Virus record (IMG/VR): IMGVR_UViG_2799112677_000001
Coordinates: 154 to 64,153 of that record
Strand: one strand, 5' to 3'
DNA: 64,000 nt
From: a virus
Taxonomy: Duplodnaviria; Caudoviricetes
The translations under genes and the position numbers were made by a program. Shown piece by piece: positions 26,955 to 35,652 of the stretch. Each line of letters begins with the position of its first letter. Position 1 is the stretch's first letter. Below the pieces are notes generated by a model. That model searched no databases and was not told the DNA's origin. It worked only from the letters and a program-made list of their open reading frames with translations.

Positions 26955-27350
26955 CTACTCATCTGAATTATGTCTTCCTTTGTCATCGTCTCTCTTAATT
27001 GGGTTGTTAACTAACTCCTTGATGGCTGCATCAGCCAACACTCTGGCGTTGTGGGCAAGCTGCTTGGGGGTCGCATCCAGCTTGCCGAGGATGACGCTGC
27101 GGCGTTCCTGGCACAAGATCCGCGAAACTAACTCGTAACGACGCTGCTCCCAGTCCGGATCTTCGTATTTCTTTGGCGGTGGTGGCAGGGCCACAGGATC
27201 TATGACGTTCTTTTCCTGCTTTGGCTCGGGTTGTTGCATGGGGATTGGACTCATCGGCATCGTGAACAATGCCTTATTGCCTTTCCCGTAGTACGGTGAC
27301 GCATAGTTCTTGCGCCGAAATATCTTGCTGAATAGTTCTTTTACGTTCAT
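26955..27350 (-). CDS. Hypothetical protein (131 aa from MNVKELF)
   Basis: 4-nt overlap with the upstream gene; DWEQRRYEL motif. Confidence 0.65.
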   Translation of the reverse strand: MNVKELFSKIFRRKNYASPYYGKGNKALFTMPMSPIPMQQPEPKQEKNVIDPVALPPPPKKYEDPDWEQRRYELVSRILCQERRSVILGKLDATPKQLAHNARVLADAAIKELVNNPIKRDDDKGRHNSDE

Positions 27351-27646
27351 AGTTTTTGGTCTTTGTATCTGTTCTCTAATTCTCGAATGGCACACGCTCC
27401 TCGACGGTTGAGCATTGGCATACGCAACCAGTCGTCGGCCTTGCGGTTGTAGTAGATCACCGTGGCGTGCGTCCTGTGTATCATCCGCCCTACCTCGGTA
27501 GTGCTCATCCCGCGCATAGAGCATAGGACGTAGCACACGACGGCACGGGCATCAGCATATTGCCTGTGACGCATCGCAGAGGTCACGGCTTCAACGGTGA
27601 CGCCAAACAAGTCGGCGGCATCACGCAATATGTCGTTCTCTATCAT
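27347..27646 (-). CDS. DnaA C-terminal-like HTH DNA-binding protein (99 aa)
   Basis: RHRQYADARAVVCYVL...MSTTEVGRMIHRTHATVIY resembles DnaA domain IV. Confidence 0.75.
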   Translation of the reverse strand: MIENDILRDAADLFGVTVEAVTSAMRHRQYADARAVVCYVLCSMRGMSTTEVGRMIHRTHATVIYYNRKADDWLRMPMLNRRGACAIRELENRYKDQKL

Positions 27647-29312
27647 AGCCTGTTAGTTTTGATGCAAGGGCCTCGCACAACACTCGGCTCATGTTGACCT
27701 CAACAGCATTTCCGATGTACTTCTTTTGCTCTGCCTGGGTGCCGATGAGCACATAGTCACTTGGGAAACCCTGAATGCGCTTCAGCTCTCCGATATTGAG
27801 CATACGCATCTTGATGTCAACGATGCAGTACATGGCCATAAACTCTTTTATCTTGACAGTCATGGGGCTGTCAGTATCATAGACCTCAATGCCTATGCCT
27901 TCCTCGGTGGTGATGAGGTATGGCGGCATCTTGTCCATTCTCGCTATCAGAGTAAAGCAGGGTTTGTCAACCGACCCTCCGGCACTCGCAAATTGAGGGT
28001 TCATAAGAAAATGAGCAGTAGCAACACTAATCTGCCCAACAGTACATATTGTTGGTGCTGGATCTTCTACTGATGAACCGACATTGTTAAATCGAGCGTT
28101 CATAATCCAAGGCTTAACGCTAATGAGGTTATGCTTTGGGTTCGTAGTTACTGCGGGTGCCGGCTCATCAACGCTTGCAGGCGTTCCATTGCCGTATTTC
28201 ATGTCCAAAAAGTGACTCGAAACCATCGCCAGTCGGTCAGTCGTTGTAATGGTGGGCGCCGGATCGTCAAGTGAATGGTTGAAGCCGTTGCCGTAGTAAG
28301 CCGAAATGAATGCGTGATGGTCTTTGGTGGTTATCGCTCCAGCTGGCCGCTCGATGGAGATATTTTTATCGTAGGGCTCTCCACTGAACTGCTTACTGAG
28401 GAACTGCACCTTTGCAAGTCCGAGTCGGTTCTGTGTGGCAACGGTGGGGCACGGCTCATCAATGCCAGGGGGATTGTAATTGCCTTGACGGTTGAATGAG
28501 TTGTACTTCACAAGAAATGCGTCCTTGCCTCCGGCCACGAACTTCACAAGCCCGGCATAGATCCTTGCAAGGGTCTTCTCGCATAGAGGTTTCTTTCTTA
28601 CGAAAATACTCGACCCATCACTATCAAGGTCGAGTACTTCGCGGACTGGTCGCCACTTGTCAAGGTTGTCATCATCCTTGCTGTGTGTGGGCTCTGGCCA
28701 TACAATCGGCAGTCCCTTGCGTGCAAAGATTCCGAAATACCGCTTGCGTGAGGTATAGGCACCATAGTCGGCTGCATTCAGGATGCGACAGTCAAAGTCA
28801 TATCCGTATGAGCGGACTTTCTTCACCCACCGCATATAGCACTTTCCTTTGTGCTTTGAGATAGGCTTGCCGTCAGGGTCTAAGTCGCCCCAGCACATGA
28901 ACTCCTCGACATTCTCTATCTGGAGATAGTCGGGATTGATGGCTTCGATGTAGCGGTAGAGGTGTTCTGCCAATGTCCTGCTGTCAGCGTCACGGGGTTG
29001 GCCGCCCTTTGCGCGGCTGAAATTCGTGCACTCCAGGGAGGCCCACAAAACGACATGGGCGTCTGGGTACTGCTCGCGGCACTCGTTGACGTGTTTGACC
29101 ATCGGCGAAAGTTCCAGCGTTCGGATGTCCTCGGTATAGTGGAGCGCGTAGGGATGGTTTGCGGCATGGGAGGCGATGGCGTTGGCGTCGTGGTTGACGC
29201 AGGCTATCACTCTGGCACACTTGCCGCCGTTGAGCTGCGCGCGCTCAACACCAGTGGACGTGCCACCTGCACCGCAAAACAAGTCAATGTAAAGTAGCCT
29301 GATGTCATTCAT
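27621..29312 (-). CDS. C5-cytosine DNA methyltransferase (563 aa)
   Basis: Motif I DLFCGAGG, motif IV variant ASLECTNFS, ENV, AADYG...RKR, ELKRIQGFP and IGNAV. Confidence 0.93.
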   Translation of the reverse strand: MNDIRLLYIDLFCGAGGTSTGVERAQLNGGKCARVIACVNHDANAIASHAANHPYALHYTEDIRTLELSPMVKHVNECREQYPDAHVVLWASLECTNFSRAKGGQPRDADSRTLAEHLYRYIEAINPDYLQIENVEEFMCWGDLDPDGKPISKHKGKCYMRWVKKVRSYGYDFDCRILNAADYGAYTSRKRYFGIFARKGLPIVWPEPTHSKDDDNLDKWRPVREVLDLDSDGSSIFVRKKPLCEKTLARIYAGLVKFVAGGKDAFLVKYNSFNRQGNYNPPGIDEPCPTVATQNRLGLAKVQFLSKQFSGEPYDKNISIERPAGAITTKDHHAFISAYYGNGFNHSLDDPAPTITTTDRLAMVSSHFLDMKYGNGTPASVDEPAPAVTTNPKHNLISVKPWIMNARFNNVGSSVEDPAPTICTVGQISVATAHFLMNPQFASAGGSVDKPCFTLIARMDKMPPYLITTEEGIGIEVYDTDSPMTVKIKEFMAMYCIVDIKMRMLNIGELKRIQGFPSDYVLIGTQAEQKKYIGNAVEVNMSRVLCEALASKLTGYDRERHIA

Positions 29313-29676
29313 TGGTCCACTCTTTTAGCTGCTCTTCCATGCACATCCTCACCTCACGGATGGCGATCTCTCGGCCTTTGAGGGTGTCGATGTACGTTTC
29401 AAGCTCGGTTGGCGTTTTGGCCACATAGTAGCCCTTACTTGTCGCTATCAGGCGCTTGACGAGTCCATGACGCCTGATGTGGTTGATGAGTTTGCGCGTC
29501 CTGCCGTCACTGACGAAGAGGTAGCCCTTGTTATGGAGCGTCATCGTCATGCTTTTGTTGGTGATGGCACGGCATTCGCCGACTCTGATTTTGAGGCCGG
29601 TGACGACTAAGGGGAGTAAGACTTCCCTCTCGTAGTCTGTCAGCGGCTCGGTCTGTGTTTCAAAACCGTTCAGCAT
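29305..29676 (-). CDS. Hypothetical winged-helix-like protein (123 aa)
   Basis: RKLINHIR...LIATSKGYYVA. Confidence 0.65.
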   Translation of the reverse strand: MLNGFETQTEPLTDYEREVLLPLVVTGLKIRVGECRAITNKSMTMTLHNKGYLFVSDGRTRKLINHIRRHGLVKRLIATSKGYYVAKTPTELETYIDTLKGREIAIREVRMCMEEQLKEWTNE

Positions 29677-29689
29677 GATTTCAGTTTGA

Positions 29690-30214
29690 TTATTGGTTTG
29701 ACTTTATCTTGGGGAATGAGCGGCGGTTTATCTTGGTGTCTTCCGCTCCTACAGGAATGCAGATATATCGCTCTGCCAGCGAGTCGTAGTAGAGGAACTG
29801 CATCTCGTCCCAGCGGTTAACGTAGTGGCCGCCGGCAAGGATGGTGTCACCGCTCTTGATGACCTTGCCGCTGAGGAATTTCACCTCGTAGCGCTTGAAC
29901 TGTTCAAAGAAGGCATCGTAGTCAAAGAGGTCGCTCACGTCGTTGCCGTCCTCATCGCTGAGGGTAACAGCTTCGATGGCCTCAAGGTTGCCGGCCTCGA
30001 AGTGGTAGCCGTACTCGGTGCCGAACGCGTGGTCAAAGGAGTCGTCGATGAACTTGACTTCAAAGGTGGCGTCAAGGGTAACGTAGAAGCCATGCAGATC
30101 CTCGAAGTCCATACTGCAGTAGCAATCGTCCTCGGTATCGGGCTCAAATCCGTAATTGTCAATCTTGTCGTACAGTTCCTTGTAGAACTCGGTAGGCAGT
30201 GTCGTTGCTTTCAT
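29690..30214 (-). CDS. Hypothetical acidic protein (174 aa)
   Basis: Leader motif upstream and at its 3' end. Confidence 0.7.
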   Translation of the reverse strand: MKATTLPTEFYKELYDKIDNYGFEPDTEDDCYCSMDFEDLHGFYVTLDATFEVKFIDDSFDHAFGTEYGYHFEAGNLEAIEAVTLSDEDGNDVSDLFDYDAFFEQFKRYEVKFLSGKVIKSGDTILAGGHYVNRWDEMQFLYYDSLAERYICIPVGAEDTKINRRSFPKIKSNQ

Positions 30215-30240
30215 AATCTATTGGTTATAATTGGTTTGAC

Positions 30241-30335
30241 TTATTGAATTATCTACTGTAAAGTTAGCCAAGATTTACGAGATATGCAATCGTCGCTCCC
30301 CGCCATTTTTACACCTTAACATTTACTGACGTTTT
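30241..30335 (-). promoter_or_regulatory. Middle-type promoter repeat, copy B
   Basis: Near-duplicate of 5493-5587. Confidence 0.75.
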
Positions 30336-30894
30336 AGAATGGGACGTCAGCGTTTTCGGCTTTTTGAGCAGCAACCATCTCTTTGACTTGCGACTCAAGG
30401 CGCTGGATCTTCAACTCGGTATTCCTTATTTTGGCATTGAATTTCTCTACAACGTCATCGTTGCCGTTGAAAAAGATATTACTTGACTGACTTTCGATAT
30501 AGTCTTTCAGTCTGTTCTTATATCTTGACAGCAACGCTTTCGCTGCAGTCAGGTCACTCAACGCCTCACCAAATCCTAATCCAAGTCCAGTGGTCTTGTC
30601 ATAGAAACAAACGTAATACTGGACATTGCATCTCGGATATTGGCATACGAGCCTGGCATATCTCCAACGGATTACCCACAAATAGCGGTCGTACTGATGC
30701 CTGGGCATATCGTACAGGAAAACACGCTTCGACCATTGCGAGCCATGCGACTGAAGGCATACCGCACCATCTTCCTTTTCCGGTATGTCGATGTAGTAGC
30801 TCACCTGGACCCACTTTTCAATGCCCATAGACTTCTCTGCCGCCGCATGGGCTTTGGCGTAAAGCATCCACTCGCTATAAATCTCTTTTGCCAT
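30334..30894 (-). CDS. Hypothetical protein (186 aa)
   Basis: Long ORF filling the gap. Confidence 0.7.
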   Translation of the reverse strand: MAKEIYSEWMLYAKAHAAAEKSMGIEKWVQVSYYIDIPEKEDGAVCLQSHGSQWSKRVFLYDMPRHQYDRYLWVIRWRYARLVCQYPRCNVQYYVCFYDKTTGLGLGFGEALSDLTAAKALLSRYKNRLKDYIESQSSNIFFNGNDDVVEKFNAKIRNTELKIQRLESQVKEMVAAQKAENADVPF

Positions 30895-30939
30895 AGACAG
30901 TAAAAAACAGCACCGCCAATGTCGAGGCGGTGCCGAATT

Positions 30940-31473
30940 TTAATAAACCAAATCGTCGAACAGTCCGGGCTGACGCGGGTGGAGCGCCTCAAGTTCCTCC
31001 CTGAAGAACTCCTCCTTTGTCCTGCCCGCCTTCTTGCCCTTGCGGGTGTGGATGTCGAAAGTGTAATCCGGAACGGGCAACGGCTGTGCCCTCACGTCCT
31101 CGATCCACCGCTCCACATCCACGTCCTGACGGTCGTAGATGAAGTTCTGCAGGTGGTCGGCGTCACGGCACTTGCGGCAGTCGCACAGCAACAGCACGGC
31201 CTTGCTCACGAATATACGGCCTTTCGGCTCCTTGGCGCCCTTGTTCACCAGTTCGTGCCCCTGCCACAACGCCTCAATCTCTTGCGTGATGAGGCCGTAG
31301 CAGTCTTCGGCGCTGATGGTGAATAGACGCTTCCAAACATAGTCACGATAGCCGCTGGACCACAACTCCAGGGCAAAGAAACCAGCAACTCGCACGTCGG
31401 CACGCCTGATGGCCTTCTGCATCGCCGACGAGCACTCAAAGAAATCATATCCACTCTTTGTTCTCAGTATCAT
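30940..31473 (-). CDS. Stand-alone RarA/MgsA C-terminal-like helical domain protein (177 aa)
   Basis: SAMQKAIRRAD...ALEL...VWKRLFTISAEDC parallels the RarA pattern SAFxKSxRGSD...RRL..IASED; no Walker A. Confidence 0.65.
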   Translation of the reverse strand: MILRTKSGYDFFECSSAMQKAIRRADVRVAGFFALELWSSGYRDYVWKRLFTISAEDCYGLITQEIEALWQGHELVNKGAKEPKGRIFVSKAVLLLCDCRKCRDADHLQNFIYDRQDVDVERWIEDVRAQPLPVPDYTFDIHTRKGKKAGRTKEEFFREELEALHPRQPGLFDDLVY

Positions 31474-31496
31474 ATCAACTCCTTTCGTTTGACACA

Positions 31497-31573
31497 TAAA
31501 GTTAGGCATAATTGGCGGATGACAGGCAACGCAGCAGCCGCCATTTTAACGCCTTAACTCTTTGTAACGATTA
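31497..31573 (-). promoter_or_regulatory. Middle-type promoter repeat, copy C
   Basis: Near-duplicate of 45166-45242; TAACTTTA at 31497-31504, box at 31539-31553. Confidence 0.7.
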
Positions 31574-32323
31574 GTATTTGAATTTCGCCGATATGTTGTA
31601 CTGGACCATCGAGCGGGTCTTGTCCTTCCCGTTGTTGGTCGGGCCCTTCAAGGCGATACTGTCACCGAAATGCTTCTTGATGAAAAGTATTGAGCGCCGC
31701 TCCTCTTCCTGATTGCGGAAGGCGGCAAGGCCACCGGCATTGACAAACGTCCCCTTCTGGGAGAAATTGTAACGCAGGTCGGTCAATATGCGCCGCTCTT
31801 TGTACTTCATGTAGCAGCTGATCCAAAAGTCCTCCTTGAGCTTCAGCTCCTCGTTCCACCATACGTTTTTATCGTAGCGGACACCGTAGGCGCAACCGGT
31901 AATCATCTTGCTCAGGGAGTAGTAACCGCTCTCGTCGTACATCACGGGACTGATGCGTGACGTGAAGCCGAACAGATGGACGTCCAGCATACACGCCAAC
32001 TCGTACAGGCTCTCGATGATGTGGGTGATTTTCTCGGGGTCACGGATGACTCCAGTCTCGCCCTTTTCGGCTGTGAGGCATTTGACGACGTGGACATCGT
32101 CGTCAAGCATGAACAGGTCACCGAAATGCCGTGCCATCCAGTTGCGTTTGGGTATAAGACCTATCACGCTATCGGGGTGGGTCACTATTTCGCACTCGGG
32201 GTTGTGCTCACGGTAGGCGCCTTCCTGGCTCTCGGGGACGCAGATGATGGGGTCAACGACAAGGCGCTTGGAAAGCACCATGTCATGACGCTTGTGGCTG
32301 GGGATCACTATCTTCAAGGGCAT
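31571..32323 (-). CDS. GT-A fold glycosyltransferase, TAGT/GREB1-like (250 aa)
   Basis: IVIPSHKR start, GLIPKRNW, FMLDDDV (DxD), LKEDFWIS (ED) and NAGG motifs. Confidence 0.75.
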   Translation of the reverse strand: MPLKIVIPSHKRHDMVLSKRLVVDPIICVPESQEGAYREHNPECEIVTHPDSVIGLIPKRNWMARHFGDLFMLDDDVHVVKCLTAEKGETGVIRDPEKITHIIESLYELACMLDVHLFGFTSRISPVMYDESGYYSLSKMITGCAYGVRYDKNVWWNEELKLKEDFWISCYMKYKERRILTDLRYNFSQKGTFVNAGGLAAFRNQEEERRSILFIKKHFGDSIALKGPTNNGKDKTRSMVQYNISAKFKY

Positions 32324-32948
32324 TTCGTACGTCTTTGATGTCAATAACATTCGATTTGCTCACTTTACCTGTCTTGTACGACCTCATGCGCTGCATACCC
32401 AGACGCTCACGAAGCCAATTACTATCGACCTCGCTTGCAGACTGGATGATGAACAGCTCATGCTTTTCGTCGTACTTGGGGATTAAAGGATAGAGGGCGG
32501 TGTCGTCAGTGATGGCGTCAAACCGCTCCTTGAACTCGTCCGTCTCCTTTTCAGGTGCGAACTCGATCCCCCAGTCCTGCAACTCGCTCTTGTCCCACTC
32601 GTTGGTCAGGATGTCCATGTCAGTCTCACCGAAACTCACATTGTCCTTTGTGGCATACTCACGCAGTTTCTTGGGCTTTGTCTTAGCGTCAAGCACCTTG
32701 CACGGCAACTCGGTATATCCGAGCTCCCTGCAGGCACGCAGGCGTAGATTGCCGCAAACTACGATGTACCTGCCATTGTCGTAAGGAAAAACGATGAGTT
32801 CCCGGAGTTCGAGCATCTCTGGACTTTCCTCAATGCTCTTTTTCATCGCCTCATAGCGGTAGTCTCGGAAAAATCTCGGGTTCTTTGGCAGACCCTTCAG
32901 CTGGCCCTTGTTGTAGTCCAGCAGTGCAATATGGATTGTTTGTGTCAT
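32283..32948 (-). CDS. ParB/Srx-like domain protein (221 aa), paralogue of 22085-23029
   Basis: GQLKGLPKNPR...VVCGNLRLRA...KDNVSFGE. Confidence 0.85.
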   Translation of the reverse strand: MTQTIHIALLDYNKGQLKGLPKNPRFFRDYRYEAMKKSIEESPEMLELRELIVFPYDNGRYIVVCGNLRLRACRELGYTELPCKVLDAKTKPKKLREYATKDNVSFGETDMDILTNEWDKSELQDWGIEFAPEKETDEFKERFDAITDDTALYPLIPKYDEKHELFIIQSASEVDSNWLRERLGMQRMRSYKTGKVSKSNVIDIKDVRNALEDSDPQPQAS

Positions 32949-32998
32949 TTGTTGTCATCATCACTTTAATCATCATCACTCAACAACCGACACGGCCA

Positions 32999-33292
32999 CT
33001 ACTGCTCCACAATCTGCCTGACGAGTCCCTCAATGTCGGAGCACCCGATATGTTGCAGATACTCCATCATCGAGACTATCACCTCGCCGGCAGCCTCCTC
33101 TCGCAGGGTGTAGCCCTCGAAACGTGACGGCGCCTCGGGTTGTGCCTTGCTGTCCATCTGCGCCTGATGCAGCTTGCACCAGGCACGGGTTTCCTTCAAG
33201 ACAATAACCATCGGCGAACTCTCTTCGCGGTACTCACCACGTGCAATGGAAAGTCCGTGCGACTTCATCGCATAGATGTTTAACTTGATCAT
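32999..33292 (-). CDS. Hypothetical protein (97 aa)
   Basis: ORF in the operon. Confidence 0.55.
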   Translation of the reverse strand: MIKLNIYAMKSHGLSIARGEYREESSPMVIVLKETRAWCKLHQAQMDSKAQPEAPSRFEGYTLREEAAGEVIVSMMEYLQHIGCSDIEGLVRQIVEQ

Positions 33293-33383
33293 CGTCGTGA
33301 CTATGTTTTATTGGTTGTCTGTTAACTTCACTCTCTATGGCTCCTGATGGAGCGCGGTGGGCGGTCTGATATGTTCCATAAGT

Positions 33384-35582
33384 TCAAAAGTCAAATAGTG
33401 TAGGTTGTTTGGCCACCAACTCGGCCTTCTTGATATTCTTCACTGCGACATCGAAATAGCTGTCTTTGAGTTCACAGCCGATGCCGCGGCGGTCCGCCTT
33501 GACGGCCTCATAGATTTCGCTGCCGATACCGAGGAACGGCGTAAACACCACCTCGCCCGGGTTGCTCCATAAATGCACAAGCCGCTCGATGACGCCGAGC
33601 TGCAACGGGCAAATGTGTTTCTCGTCGCCCATCGCGGTACCCTCATTGGAATTAAGCACGTCAGTGCGCTTGATGTCCATCCACACGGGACTTGCCCAGC
33701 GCTGCCACGTCTCCAAGGGGAAATTCTGCTTGTCAAGGGCGGTGATCGGCTCCCAGTCCTTTTCATCACCCTCCCACTTCTTGAAGATGGTGATGTACTC
33801 GGCCATGCCGATGCCCGTCTTGCTGCTGTCACTCGTGACTTGCTTGTACAGCAGGCGCTGCGTCTTGGTGCGTTGCATCTCCAGTACCGGGTCGGTCCAA
33901 ATGGTAACTTTGGAGTGCAGTTTGAAATCCGCTTCAAGTACGTGGCGGGTGTGGTCGCCAGTGAAATCGTACATGCCGGTATAGCCTGACGAGTTCTTGT
34001 AAACCCCCAAGTCCTTGGTGTGACAGCACATCAGCCTGCCTGGCTTGAGGATGCGGTAAAGCTCTCTGAGCAGGAAGGCGTATTGCTTGAAGAAATCCTC
34101 GTGGGTTTCGTTGTTGCCCATGTCGTGGATATAGTTGGAGTATGTGAACAACGAACTGAAGGGGGGGGAATAAATAATCAAGTCCACGCTGTTATCGGGA
34201 ATACGCTTGATTTCGATGGTGGTATCACCTTTCATCAGGAAAACCTTATCGTCGCGGTACTCCCTGTAGTCGTAGTCATTCAGCAGGCCGTACTTGCGCT
34301 CGTTGATATTGGCATTGATTTCCTGCTGCATTTCCTCAAACGCCTTCTGCTTTTTCAGAATAATATCTCTTGTGTTGCTCATTGTGTCAGTGATTACTAA
34401 GTGGATGTTCACGTCGCCCTTGCGGCCGAAACGGTAGGAGCGGCGCACTTGCTGGTAGAAATCCTCAAACGAGAAATCAGGTGCGGCGAAGATCTGCGTG
34501 CCGCATGACTGGAAATTCATGCCATAGCCGCAAATCTTGGCCTTACTGATGAGGATGCGGATTTTGCCGTCGGCAAAGTCAAGCAGGGCGCGCTCCTTGT
34601 GATCGTCGCTGTCACTGCCTTTGACCTCCACGGCCTCGGGCAACAGCTTACGCAATTCCTCGCCTTCTTTGTTCTGCTTCACCCAGATGAGCACCTGGCC
34701 GTCAGTGTCCTCAGCGAGTTTGGCGACGACACGCAGACGCTCGTCCATCGTGTTGCGTAACTCGGCATTGAAGTTGGTGGCGTTGACGATGCCAGTGGCG
34801 AATAGCTGCCCCTGCTGGGGTGCCACTTCAACGACATGCTCGTAATAGTTGAGTTTGGGCAACTTGAACAGCTTGCCAGTCTTGACAAATCCGATATCTG
34901 CTGGGTTCTCGAACATGATAGCCCATGAGGCGATCCAGCCGTAGAAATCCGCTTTGGCATGACCTTTCAGGCGGTAGTTGTTCATACCCTCGTCACGGAC
35001 AAACCACTTAGAGCGCATGTCCTGAGCGTCTAAGACATCCAGGAACTCGCTATGGTTGCCTATCTCATTGAGGTCGTTGGGTGATGGTGTGGCGCTGCAG
35101 CATAGCTTGTAGGGGGTACGCTTAAATCGCTCAGTCAACAACCGCCTGTAATGGCCAGTGAAATTCTTGAGGATGGAACTCTCATCAAGGACAATGCCGA
35201 CGAATTTGCCAATGTCGATATTTTCTATCTGCTCGTAGTTGGTGATGGCTATCTGGGTGTCATCGTCCATGTCCCGATACAGTTTGACGGTGTAACCGAA
35301 GCGCTCACCCTCCGCAATGGTCTGACGGCTCACCGAAAGTGGTGCAAGGATAAGGACGGGACGGTTTTCGTGATCTGCAACTTTCAACGCCCATTCAAGC
35401 TGCATGAGTGTCTTGCCGTTGCCGCAACCGGCAAAGATTGCGCCCTTGCCGTTTTTCAGCATCTTGCGCACGCAAAAGCGCTGGAAGTCGAACAGCTTAG
35501 GATTGAGGTCGCTTTCCTCAACATCGAAACCGCTCTTTTTGACGGTAACTTTCTTTGTCTCAAGGAACTCAAAGTAGTCCAT
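33384..35582 (-). CDS. SNF2-like helicase fused to an N4/N6 amino-methyltransferase (732 aa)
   Basis: GCGNGKT, LDESS, SATP and QQVRRSYRFG helicase motifs; SPPF catalytic motif and FTPFLGIGS (beta-class order). Confidence 0.9.
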   Translation of the reverse strand: MDYFEFLETKKVTVKKSGFDVEESDLNPKLFDFQRFCVRKMLKNGKGAIFAGCGNGKTLMQLEWALKVADHENRPVLILAPLSVSRQTIAEGERFGYTVKLYRDMDDDTQIAITNYEQIENIDIGKFVGIVLDESSILKNFTGHYRRLLTERFKRTPYKLCCSATPSPNDLNEIGNHSEFLDVLDAQDMRSKWFVRDEGMNNYRLKGHAKADFYGWIASWAIMFENPADIGFVKTGKLFKLPKLNYYEHVVEVAPQQGQLFATGIVNATNFNAELRNTMDERLRVVAKLAEDTDGQVLIWVKQNKEGEELRKLLPEAVEVKGSDSDDHKERALLDFADGKIRILISKAKICGYGMNFQSCGTQIFAAPDFSFEDFYQQVRRSYRFGRKGDVNIHLVITDTMSNTRDIILKKQKAFEEMQQEINANINERKYGLLNDYDYREYRDDKVFLMKGDTTIEIKRIPDNSVDLIIYSPPFSSLFTYSNYIHDMGNNETHEDFFKQYAFLLRELYRILKPGRLMCCHTKDLGVYKNSSGYTGMYDFTGDHTRHVLEADFKLHSKVTIWTDPVLEMQRTKTQRLLYKQVTSDSSKTGIGMAEYITIFKKWEGDEKDWEPITALDKQNFPLETWQRWASPVWMDIKRTDVLNSNEGTAMGDEKHICPLQLGVIERLVHLWSNPGEVVFTPFLGIGSEIYEAVKADRRGIGCELKDSYFDVAVKNIKKAELVAKQPTLFDF

Positions 35583-35652
35583 AGTGATGATACATAAAAG
35601 AGCGAGTGCCGACTGGGTGCCGGTACTCGCATGGTGATGATGTAATGGTCTG

